Of a stretch of 27,287 nt of DNA, positions 15,235 through 23,227 are shown in pieces. This DNA comes from a virus (taxonomy: Duplodnaviria; Caudoviricetes): the IMG/VR virus record IMGVR_UViG_3300010366_000056, positions 1 to 27,287 of that record. One strand, 5' to 3'. Numbering within the stretch: the first letter of the stretch is position 1; each line of letters begins with the position of its first letter. The notes beneath the pieces are model-generated. The model made no database searches. It was not told the DNA's origin and saw only the letters and a program-made list of their open reading frames with translations. Position numbers and translations under genes: made by a program.

Positions 15235-16692
15235 ATGTCTAAAGATAACATTATCAAGGCAAAGATAAGCAGCAACCTCATTATCCCGAAGCGTGAGCTT
15301 CCTGAGAGGTTGTATAACGATTTGATTGACCAATTGAGCTGGGAGAACCCTGAGTATCGTGCGGCCAGGGTAAAGGGAATGAGCACGTACAACATCCCGC
15401 AATGGATATTCGGGATGCGTGAGATTCGCGACACTCTCTATATCGCTCGAGAGTACTACGGCGAGGTAGAAGCTCTCGCGAAGAGATACGGGTATGTGCT
15501 GGATATCAAGGATGAGCGCGTGTTTGATGAAAATGCACAACCCATCCCGCACAAGATCACCCTGTGGAACAGCCAGCGGCCAGCGGTAGAACGATTACTT
15601 AGCGATGTCTACGGACACCAGGGAGTGTTAGTAGCCCCGTGTGGTGCTGGCAAAACGAACGTACTACTGTATGTTATCTGTGAGCTCGGTCAGAAGGCGC
15701 TTGTACTCTGCCATACTAACGACCTAATGCACCAGTGGGTGGAGCGCATTCGCGAGTTTGTGGGCATTGAGCCAGGTATCATCCAGGGTGAAAAGTACGA
15801 CGTAAGACAAATCACGGTAGCCAGTGTTATGACCCTTGCCCGTAGGGAGCTTGACCGTGAGTTCCTACGCACTTTCGGGCTGGTAGCCTTGGACGAGGCT
15901 CATCACTGTCCAGCAGATAGCTTCAAAGAAGTAATGGATCAGTTCCATGCCTATTTCCGCTTCGGAGCTACAGCTACACCAGATAGAGTAGATGAGCTTG
16001 AAGGATTACTGTTCGCTATCTGTGGCCCGATTATTGCTGAGATTAGGAGAAAGGACCTGCTAAATGAAGGCAAGATCATACCTACAGCAGTACAACCTGT
16101 AGAGACAGGCTTCGACTTCGCGTACAGAGGTATGCGCAGTTGGCACCCGATGATACGAGCTCTAATATCTAGCCGCCAGCGCAATGAGCAAATAGTGAGC
16201 AACATCGTGAGGCAACATAGGAGCGGCGACCATGTGCAGCTTGTATTATCCAAGCAGATTGACCACCTGCTCAACCTACGTGAGCTCCTTACCTCCAGGG
16301 CACCAGATATACCCTCATCGCTGCTTATCGCTGGAGGCAATAAGAAGGACAGATCAGGTCGTGTCGTTCGTAATGTGGCGATGTCGAAGAAAGAACGGCA
16401 GGAGGCCATCGAACGCGCTCGAAGGGGCACTGTGCGAGTACTATTTGGGACTTCACTGGCCGACGAGGGATTGGACTTCCCAAGACTTGATCGACTGCAC
16501 CTTACTTTTCCCACGAGAGCAGAAGGCAAAGTTACGCAGCAAGTTGGTAGAATACAGCGTGCCGCGCGAGGAAAGACGGATGCTCTTGTCTTCGATTACG
16601 TGGACGAAATCTCCTTACTTCGGGACCAATGGGGGGACCGACGACGTGCATACCATGAAATTGGACTCACAGTAAACAGGGTGAGACAGTGA
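15235..16692 (+). CDS. Superfamily 2 DEAH helicase (UvsW/Rad25/ResIII-like)
   Basis: Q motif, APCGAGKT, DEAHH, GATATPDR.D, LADEGLDFPRL, QQVGRIQR, VFDYVD. Confidence 0.95.
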   Translation: MSKDNIIKAKISSNLIIPKRELPERLYNDLIDQLSWENPEYRAARVKGMSTYNIPQWIFGMREIRDTLYIAREYYGEVEALAKRYGYVLDIKDERVFDENAQPIPHKITLWNSQRPAVERLLSDVYGHQGVLVAPCGAGKTNVLLYVICELGQKALVLCHTNDLMHQWVERIREFVGIEPGIIQGEKYDVRQITVASVMTLARRELDREFLRTFGLVALDEAHHCPADSFKEVMDQFHAYFRFGATATPDRVDELEGLLFAICGPIIAEIRRKDLLNEGKIIPTAVQPVETGFDFAYRGMRSWHPMIRALISSRQRNEQIVSNIVRQHRSGDHVQLVLSKQIDHLLNLRELLTSRAPDIPSSLLIAGGNKKDRSGRVVRNVAMSKKERQEAIERARRGTVRVLFGTSLADEGLDFPRLDRLHLTFPTRAEGKVTQQVGRIQRAARGKTDALVFDYVDEISLLRDQWGDRRRAYHEIGLTVNRVRQ

Positions 16693-17228
16693 TACACGCT
16701 ATCAAGAGCAGAGAAGATCTCGAGACTGTTATATCGTACATCCAGCGGTACAAACTCCTGATGGATAAGTACAAGGCACTCATGGATCTACACCGTGAGA
16801 TGGCTGTACGCTACCTGGAAGTAAAGAACCTGAAGAGCGTGGTAGCTGAAGATGGCGCTCGTTGGCAGAAGCGCCAGAACACAAGTGTCCAGTATCAGAT
16901 GGACAAGCTGCGCAGGCTTATGCGCCACCACCGCGTGGATCCGTCTACAGTAATCAAGACTCGCACTGTCGAAGAGGTGGATGAAGAAGCGCTCACCAAA
17001 CTGTTGAAAGCAGGGGTTATCACCGTTGAAGAGTTCGAAGACATTGCCATCCGTCACACTGGCAAACCGTTCATAGTCAGGCTACCCAATGCCAAGAGGA
17101 AGTCGAAAGCGCCAATCTCTATTAGATCCAGGCGACAAGATTACGATCAGCATCGGAATGACGGTGCAAGTCGGGGAACGAAATTTCGTAAAATTGGACT
17201 GCGCCGCGGAAACAAAGATTCGGCCTGA
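16689..17228 (+). CDS. Hypothetical phage protein (coiled N-terminus; weak Gam/Gp157-like pattern)
   Basis: GTGA overlap with the helicase; VIKTRTVEEVDEEAL..LL..G.I segment. Confidence 0.7.
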   Translation: MIHAIKSREDLETVISYIQRYKLLMDKYKALMDLHREMAVRYLEVKNLKSVVAEDGARWQKRQNTSVQYQMDKLRRLMRHHRVDPSTVIKTRTVEEVDEEALTKLLKAGVITVEEFEDIAIRHTGKPFIVRLPNAKRKSKAPISIRSRRQDYDQHRNDGASRGTKFRKIGLRRGNKDSA

Positions 17229-17325
17229 TGAGGGCGTAGATCAGGCTCAGGACAGATTGTTTGAAGCATTGGAGGTGACGCTGAACGATAAGATCGACGA
17301 GTACGTCGCGGCCATGAACAGGTAA
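17089..17325 (+). CDS. Small conserved phage hypothetical protein
   Basis: KITISIGMTVQVGERNFVKLD...DEGVDQAQDRL...L..KI pattern resembling a common small phage family. Confidence 0.7.
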   Translation: MPRGSRKRQSLLDPGDKITISIGMTVQVGERNFVKLDCAAETKIRPDEGVDQAQDRLFEALEVTLNDKIDEYVAAMNR

Positions 17326-17349
17326 CAAACCCGTAACATTACGTTCAAC

Positions 17350-17378
17350 TTGCAAGGACGATCGGGGGGAGCTATACT
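17350..17378 (+). promoter_or_regulatory. Sigma70-type promoter
   Basis: TTGCAA-N17-TATACT. Confidence 0.75.
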
Positions 17379-17386
17379 ACTGATGT

Positions 17387-17399
17387 CGTGCCAGGACAG
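17387..17399. repeat. Inverted-repeat arm B1 at the predicted transcript 5' end (pairs with 17905-17917)
   Basis: CGTGCCAGGACAG is the exact reverse complement of CTGTCCTGGCACG; extends by GGC/GCC across a 1-nt bulge. Confidence 0.85.
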
Positions 17400-17462
17400 G
17401 GCAATTTCAGGGTCGTCACCCTGACTCTATCGCAACTCATTCAAATGATTCAAGGAGAAGGT

Positions 17463-17897
17463 ATGCCAACCAGCACCAAACGAAAAGCCGCTCCTCCAGT
17501 AGTGGAGGATGACGAGGAAGAACTAGACGAGGAAGAGGAAGTACGCCCTGCACGGCGTCCCAAGACCTCTGCCGCCGCCAGCACCAAGACCTCCACCAAT
17601 GGCACTGCTCGGAAGCCCCGCCCCAGTGAGCAGGCCGAAACAAAGCCTCGCACCAAGAAAGTCGTCGCTGCGCCAACGGGCACCAGTGCTCGGGACTACG
17701 CACTCGCTATCCTGCTCGAGGGTGCTCCGCGGGACGAGGTCAAGAAACGAGCCATTGCTCTCGCCAAGAGTGAGGGAGCGGATGTCTCGTGGAAGACCTT
17801 CGACGTCTCGTACTACATCAAGTACCTTGGGGAGAAGAAGAACTACCGTATCATCGAGAAAAATGGTACGGTGCGAGTTATTGCCCCCAAGGGCTAA
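17463..17897 (+). CDS. Putative nucleoid-associated/DNA-binding protein (acidic block, Lys/Arg/Pro/Thr-rich linker, small C-terminal helical domain)
   Basis: AAGGAG RBS before ATG 17463; own promoter and terminator; C-terminus resembles a winged helix. Confidence 0.7.
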   Translation: MPTSTKRKAAPPVVEDDEEELDEEEEVRPARRPKTSAAASTKTSTNGTARKPRPSEQAETKPRTKKVVAAPTGTSARDYALAILLEGAPRDEVKKRAIALAKSEGADVSWKTFDVSYYIKYLGEKKNYRIIEKNGTVRVIAPKG

Positions 17898-17904
17898 CCC
17901 GCCT

Positions 17905-17917
17905 CTGTCCTGGCACG
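17905..17917. repeat. Inverted-repeat arm B2, just after the stop codon
   Basis: CTGTCCTGGCACG. Confidence 0.85.
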
Positions 17918-17922
17918 GGAAA

Positions 17923-17985
17923 GGAGGGTACCCGCAAATACCCTCCACCCCTTGTCGCATGCCTGGAGGGGACGGATGCGACAAG
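17923..17985. terminator. Two tandem hairpins between convergent modules (likely terminators)
   Basis: GGAGGGTA/TACCCTCC (17923-17946) and CTTGTCGCAT/ATGCGACAAG (17951-17985); no long U-tract. Confidence 0.65.
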
Positions 17986-17992
17986 TCTGGCA

Positions 17993-18241
17993 TTATCCCC
18001 CACCAATGTTGATGCCGAACCCTGCAAGAATCTTGGGTATCAGGAAGATGAGAACCAGTAGGGTCACAATACTGCCCACTAGTAGCAGACCTACTGTATC
18101 CATTCTGGCTTCCCAACGATCCCCCTGAGTATCGGGTCTCCGCCGCTCGTAGCCAATGCTGAGAGTAAAATCTATCCGCATGCCAGAGTTACGAGTGTCC
18201 CTAATAGGTGGTTCCCCATCAGGTAGTGGCGGTCCAGCCAT
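17993..18241 (-). CDS. Small membrane protein with one C-terminal TM helix (start uncertain: 18241 or 18103)
   Basis: VGLLLVGSIVTLLVLIFLIPKILAGFGI hydrophobic segment; last gene of the structural operon. Confidence 0.6.
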   Translation of the reverse strand: MAGPPLPDGEPPIRDTRNSGMRIDFTLSIGYERRRPDTQGDRWEARMDTVGLLLVGSIVTLLVLIFLIPKILAGFGINIGGG

Positions 18242-18252
18242 CCATGCACCTA

Positions 18253-18399
18253 TCAGGTATCTTTTGGAGGTTTCCTGTTCCTCCAACGGTTGTGTACTTC
18301 ACCACCTATCAGGCCACCGATAAACCCTGCCAATGCAGGAAAGCTGTGATCCGCAAACCAGCCAGCAATAACCCACAGTGCCTGCTCTAGGAGATTCAT
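18253..18399 (-). CDS. 48-aa membrane peptide, holin-like (below the ORF-track cutoff)
   Basis: MNLLEQALWVIAGWFADHSFPALAGFIGGLIGGEVHNRWRNRKPPKDT*: hydrophobic GxxxG helix with a basic C-tail. Confidence 0.55.
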   Translation of the reverse strand: MNLLEQALWVIAGWFADHSFPALAGFIGGLIGGEVHNRWRNRKPPKDT

Positions 18400-18429
18400 G
18401 GGCCATCGTGGAGTCTCTCGTTGGTGGGG

Positions 18430-18867
18430 TTAGGCCGCTTTACCGTTGGTTACGGCATGGATGTCCTGGAGAGCCTCTACGCGTGCCTGTAACGCGGCAT
18501 CGTCGTGCTGCCAGCGTCCTGGGCCATCCATAGCTTCTACAAGCTCTTTCACATGATCGACAGCATTGGTATCGGCAGCAGCCCTGGAAGCACGAGCAGG
18601 TACTTCTCCGCAAGCACAACCCTGGATATCAATCTTGTGGACGAACATCTCCTGCACTTCGTACGGCGCGGCTCCTCCGCCTACAGGATGTGTTGAGCTT
18701 GCCCCACAACCATCTGGGCAATTGAGCACGATGAAATTGTGGTTCTCTGTATCATCAATATTCTTGGTGAAGTTGATATCCGCCAGCATGATTGTACCTT
18801 CATGCCCCGTTTCATCAAAGATCACCTTCATGCCGCCTGGGATGAATTCTGTTGGCCGAATACTCAT
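18430..18867 (-). CDS. Hypothetical protein (CPDGC..H and CAC, possible metal site)
   Basis: ATGA overlap with the upstream gene; GAGG RBS. Confidence 0.75.
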   Translation of the reverse strand: MSIRPTEFIPGGMKVIFDETGHEGTIMLADINFTKNIDDTENHNFIVLNCPDGCGASSTHPVGGGAAPYEVQEMFVHKIDIQGCACGEVPARASRAAADTNAVDHVKELVEAMDGPGRWQHDDAALQARVEALQDIHAVTNGKAA

Positions 18868-19235
18868 GGCATCTTTACCTCGATCTGGAATCTATCTGCT
18901 GGGAAACGTGGCTCATCGGTAGCTTCCATCACATCATCGTAGAACTGAGCAAACCTGCGGTCGACCACAACCCACGTCATCTTCTCAACCTTGCGCTTGA
19001 GATACTCCCAATCTGCATCCTCCAGTTCGAGAATACTGCCTTCTTCCTTATCAAGAGCATCCAGCACCCGCACGCCCCTGCGGATCTCCACAATATCAGC
19101 TCCCGCAGCCTTGTCCAACGGAGTACGGACCACCTGCTTTACAAGAGAACTGAAGTCAATGATATTGTCTTTATAATTAGGATCATCGGGCGACAAATTA
19201 GGATCGGGGATCACAGCGAGGAAGATTCGTTTCAT
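18864..19235 (-). CDS. Hypothetical protein, possibly tail fibre assembly-associated
   Basis: Coupled gene downstream of the tail fibres; LELEDADWEYLK..V...W pattern. Confidence 0.75.
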   Translation of the reverse strand: MKRIFLAVIPDPNLSPDDPNYKDNIIDFSSLVKQVVRTPLDKAAGADIVEIRRGVRVLDALDKEEGSILELEDADWEYLKRKVEKMTWVVVDRRFAQFYDDVMEATDEPRFPADRFQIEVKMP

Positions 19236-19495
19236 GCTGGCTTGTGCCTTTCTACAATTGGTCTTGCCGCCTCAGGTAGCTCGATACGATTCCCAGGCAC
19301 ATTATTATCATATGTGAACAAAAGCGTGGGCCACTCTGGAGGATCATCAAGACTCGGGCCTTCTGTGCCAAGCCCGTTGATGTCAATACCCTCAGCTTCA
19401 ATCTCTGCTTCCAAGTTATGTAGATCATGAGTAGGCTCACTCAAGAAATCATAACCCGTGACATCCCAGCCAACCGTGTAAGGTGCTTCGGCCAT
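19232..19495 (-). CDS. Small acidic hypothetical protein (possible tail fibre chaperone)
   Basis: Directly follows the 411-aa fibre; ends in ...ERHKP. Confidence 0.7.
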   Translation of the reverse strand: MAEAPYTVGWDVTGYDFLSEPTHDLHNLEAEIEAEGIDINGLGTEGPSLDDPPEWPTLLFTYDNNVPGNRIELPEAARPIVERHKPA

Positions 19496-19499
19496 ACAA

Positions 19500-20735
19500 T
19501 CATTTTATATGTTCAATAATCGTAACGTTGCTGTAGATGCCTGTGTTGGTAGAAATTGAGCCTGCCCCTTGTAGCGACCATGCAAATGCAATGGAGAAGC
19601 CTGAGTAGATACCTGGTCCATACGAGTATATAAACGGAACTGTCTGCGCGCCATTTGCAGCAGAGCAACTATTGATCTGCACTCGGTTATTAGCATCCGC
19701 TCCATTGATGTAGACACTTATGGTCATACCAGAACCGACATTACTTTGGATCAGAGCAAGATTGGCAATGATAATAACCTTGCCGCCTTGATACCCAGAG
19801 CAAGCCATACCAGAACCGAGTTGTCCAGGCATATAGACTGCAGAGCCGCTACTAGTACTCCCCGCTGGAGCAAGAGTAAACGTCCACATATGGGAGATAT
19901 AGCCGTCAGGGATCTGGGCGTTGAAGTTACCCTGCCTCAGTAAAACTTGCCCTGAAGCATAATCTGTGGGGCCAGCGGCAGGAAACATAAGACCAGCAGC
20001 GGTGTTATCGTTATATATGCCGTTGCCACTACCACTGATACGGAAGTAATCACCCGTCAATCTAATGGTACCGCTTGAGGAGATACTTGTCACTGTAGCA
20101 GCATTCATACTCGTAGTCGCTGCCTGGAGTACGAGCGTGCTTCCATTGAGTTGGATGTATGATCCGCTAGGCCAGGTAAGTAGGTTTGTATTCTGTCCAA
20201 ATGTAATGTTGCCGACAACAGTTAGGCCAGCGCCGAGTGAAGTAGCTCCATCAACGACTAGAGAGTAGTTGTTCGTCGCTCCTGATGGTGCCCCAATGCG
20301 AACCACGTAGTTGTTGACAAAACCTGTAGGAGCTACCATCCCAACAAACTGCGCCCCAACACCTGTCAAGCCAGTCTTACCATTGGCTATCAGGCCTGGT
20401 GCATTGTAGATCCCATAACAGAAATCATTGTTGTTCGCAGCAGCGGCAGAGGCTTGATTATTCAGACCACAGACAGCAGCTCCAGCTCCTCCAGCTCCAT
20501 TCGTATATACCCCTGTCGTGGCAATAGCCGTATTGGAGCCACTAGGATGCGGAGCAATACTGAGAGCTGAAGATGGGCTTGGAGTATAATTGACTCCAAG
20601 ACCGTTATTGACTTGGAGTCCAGTTATAGTCTGGTTTGCGGCAATCTTGGCTCCAGTAACGGCACCATTAGCCAGATCAGCTGTCTGGATAGTGGCATCT
20701 TGGATCTGGTTGCCTTTTACCATTACCTCTGCCAT
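19500..20735 (-). CDS. Tail fibre / receptor-binding protein
   Basis: N-terminal IQDATIQTADLANGAVTGAKIA shaft repeats; Gly/Ser/Asn-rich beta regions; C-terminal beta-sandwich head ending VTIIE. Confidence 0.8.
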   Translation of the reverse strand: MAEVMVKGNQIQDATIQTADLANGAVTGAKIAANQTITGLQVNNGLGVNYTPSPSSALSIAPHPSGSNTAIATTGVYTNGAGGAGAAVCGLNNQASAAAANNNDFCYGIYNAPGLIANGKTGLTGVGAQFVGMVAPTGFVNNYVVRIGAPSGATNNYSLVVDGATSLGAGLTVVGNITFGQNTNLLTWPSGSYIQLNGSTLVLQAATTSMNAATVTSISSSGTIRLTGDYFRISGSGNGIYNDNTAAGLMFPAAGPTDYASGQVLLRQGNFNAQIPDGYISHMWTFTLAPAGSTSSGSAVYMPGQLGSGMACSGYQGGKVIIIANLALIQSNVGSGMTISVYINGADANNRVQINSCSAANGAQTVPFIYSYGPGIYSGFSIAFAWSLQGAGSISTNTGIYSNVTIIEHIK

Positions 20736-20744
20736 GAGATTCTC

Positions 20745-22274
20745 CTATGGATTAGCCTCTATCGTGATATACTGCTGAGCTGCGGTGCCAACTAATCTAC
20801 TCGAGTTACCCGCTACTAGACCACCGCCACATGATAGAAGAAACACACTGCTATTAGGAGAAGTATAGTTGGCACTACCACCTGTAACAGCTACAACGGC
20901 TCCACCAGAGTTAGTAATCTGTGGTGAGCCAACAATCGTGACTGTTGGCACAATCGGCTTCGGTATGTAGTGAATCTGGAAAGCAGCAGTCGTAGTCGAA
21001 TACACAGCTCCCAACGCCAACTCTGTCTGCACCTGTGACGGATAACCAATAATCTCATAATACCGCCAACATCTTGCCAAGTCGTCCGCGGGATGCAGAG
21101 GAACAAAATCCGACGCTACCGTGCCTATAGTCAGCATGGCGCTATCGATATAAGCAACCCCAGAGTTTGTATCGAAGTAAGCGCTCGCTGCTACATAGCT
21201 ACAGGCTCCCAAAGATACTGTCACGCTAAGTGTCTGCCAGGTTCCATCTCCAGAGTGATACAGGCTTCTTGGAGAAGGAGTATTATATATCCCACCACCA
21301 CCAGCATCCGTATCAAGACCTACACGGACCATATTGGCGACAGAACACAATACACGCATCGATAGAGTTACAGTACGTCCTGCCAACTGAAAAGCATCAG
21401 CTTGTTTGAGATACTGAAGTACGGCACTGCTGTTTCCCGATCCTTTGGTATATGTCACGCCAGCAGAGTAATTAGAGCCAGTTACGCCATAATCGGCGTT
21501 ATTACCCGTAGCCCGACTAACACTCAACGTATCGGAACCATTGACACCAAGTAACCATCTATCAGCACAGTAATTACCTGTAAATGGACCAGTTCCTCGT
21601 TGCCAGATCTCAAAACCGCCATTGGTCAAATAGTTGGGTCTCAAGAGATCTGAGGCAATACGCTCATTCGGCAGTGCGTCTGGATAAGATGTAGCTGGAA
21701 AGAAGTTCTCTGCCACTTGCCCTATGACTAAACTAGCACTATCTACGTATGTTGTTCCAGCGGTTGATCCTTGGCACTGCAAGCCAACGCTTATATTATT
21801 CGTATTCAAAGGGATGGAAAAGGTCATCCAGAGTGTATGATAAGCTCCATCTGCAGGAGCTATCATCGTTGGACTAAAAGTACCACCAGTTCCATCAGTC
21901 CAAGCAAATATCACGACGTTTGCTTGAGTTGTTTTGACTCGAAGACTAAGGGTGACCGTTTTTCCTCTTAGTGGTGCCGCAGGAGGAGTCTGCTGTATCC
22001 CACCATATCCGCCGCCTCCTGCAATGGAGTTCACCATCGCTACACAGTACAATCCTGTATCCTGGTTGACAGAATCTCTAGAAACTGTAAGCGTGGAGCC
22101 AGAGCCAGTGCAGATCGTTTGCCATTGATCTGCGATTGCAAAGGTTGGATTACCCGTCGTTGCCGCAAACGGTCCAGGACCACGATGCCATTGCTCAAAG
22201 CCGCCATTCTGTAACAGGTTCGGCCTGGCAACGTCGGGGGCCAGCATCAAGTTGGGAACAAGAGTCTTACTCAT
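20745..22274 (-). CDS. Receptor-binding protein with two tandem carbohydrate-binding-like (CBM4_9/galactose-binding-like) domains
   Basis: Two NxLxNGGFExWxRGxGPF...ADxW...YxDSAxL modules, HPADDLARCWRYYE, C-terminus IEANP. Confidence 0.8.
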   Translation of the reverse strand: MSKTLVPNLMLAPDVARPNLLQNGGFEQWHRGPGPFAATTGNPTFAIADQWQTICTGSGSTLTVSRDSVNQDTGLYCVAMVNSIAGGGGYGGIQQTPPAAPLRGKTVTLSLRVKTTQANVVIFAWTDGTGGTFSPTMIAPADGAYHTLWMTFSIPLNTNNISVGLQCQGSTAGTTYVDSASLVIGQVAENFFPATSYPDALPNERIASDLLRPNYLTNGGFEIWQRGTGPFTGNYCADRWLLGVNGSDTLSVSRATGNNADYGVTGSNYSAGVTYTKGSGNSSAVLQYLKQADAFQLAGRTVTLSMRVLCSVANMVRVGLDTDAGGGGIYNTPSPRSLYHSGDGTWQTLSVTVSLGACSYVAASAYFDTNSGVAYIDSAMLTIGTVASDFVPLHPADDLARCWRYYEIIGYPSQVQTELALGAVYSTTTAAFQIHYIPKPIVPTVTIVGSPQITNSGGAVVAVTGGSANYTSPNSSVFLLSCGGGLVAGNSSRLVGTAAQQYITIEANP

Positions 22275-23203
22275 GGATTGGCCTCTATTGTGATATTCGC
22301 CCCTCCGCCAGAGGCATAGTAATAACTATCGCCCGCATTAGTCGCCGTATAGTAGACCCAGAACACGTTCACGCCTGCTACTGGAAGAGTGAAGCTACTA
22401 GCTGTCACATTTGCCGCAACCCACGTTCCAATCGCAGTCAATGTAGGAGTAGCTGCTTTCTTAGCTTTGAGCCATACAAGATTTCGAATTGTAGCTCCTG
22501 CCGCCTGTGCCTGGCCTGAGAAAATCAGCTCGCTGTTGCCGTCACTACTAAGCGCTCGCTCGTAGTACCGAAGACATCTTGCCACATCATCAGCGAGATT
22601 CATTGGGATATATGTCATCGGCACTTGGCCTACTACGAGCGTACAGTTGTCGACCCAGAACGTAGTATTGATACTTGCCCCTTGTACAAACACTTCAACT
22701 CGGAAGAATGTTGCATTTGCCCCTACAACAGAAGTTATACTAAGTGTTTGATAAGTATTGTCGCCAGTATGAAAATTGTAGGTCGTAGGAGTAACGGTAT
22801 TATTGCCGCCGCTATTCCAGTAAACTCGTACTGCACAGATCCCAGCGACACTACATCTTACTCTTGCTGCGAATGTAACCGTCCGCCCGCGCAACTGGTA
22901 GACTTCTTCGATATCCTGGTTGATGCCAACAAGAGATCCCGTCGCATTAGTCGTTGCTGTTACCGCCGCACAGTAGCGTGAACCAGCGCCATCATAGTTA
23001 GAGGCATCGGGAATGACACTAATAGTAGGAGCACCTGTTCCTTCAGCGTAGGTCTTCCATCTATCTGCCGACATAACAGTGGGAGAGAGTGAAGTGTATG
23101 GTCCGTTTCCGCGCTGCCATACCTCTAGCCCAGGATTGACAAGCAGATTCTGTCGTGCCGTATCAGAGGCCAGATCCTGATTACGCACCAATTGTTTAGG
23201 CAT
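22271..23203 (-). CDS. Receptor-binding protein with one CBM-like domain (paralog)
   Basis: NLLVNPGLEVWQRGNGPY, ADRW, ADDVARCLRYYE, C-terminus IEANP. Confidence 0.8.
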   Translation of the reverse strand: MPKQLVRNQDLASDTARQNLLVNPGLEVWQRGNGPYTSLSPTVMSADRWKTYAEGTGAPTISVIPDASNYDGAGSRYCAAVTATTNATGSLVGINQDIEEVYQLRGRTVTFAARVRCSVAGICAVRVYWNSGGNNTVTPTTYNFHTGDNTYQTLSITSVVGANATFFRVEVFVQGASINTTFWVDNCTLVVGQVPMTYIPMNLADDVARCLRYYERALSSDGNSELIFSGQAQAAGATIRNLVWLKAKKAATPTLTAIGTWVAANVTASSFTLPVAGVNVFWVYYTATNAGDSYYYASGGGANITIEANP

Positions 23204-23215
23204 CAGTAGCCCTCC

Positions 23216-23224
23216 AGTATAGCA
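23216..23224 (-). promoter_or_regulatory. Candidate internal extended -10 promoter (TGcTATACT)
   Basis: The 11-mer ATGCTATACTG is identical to the helicase promoter and lies in a 24-nt intergenic gap. Confidence 0.45.
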
Positions 23225-23227
23225 TAA

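Noticed and set aside
17898-17992. tRNA or CRISPR array in the hairpin-rich intergenic region
   Set aside because: No cloverleaf or T-loop consensus and no regularly spaced repeats; better explained as terminators plus the end-pairing arm
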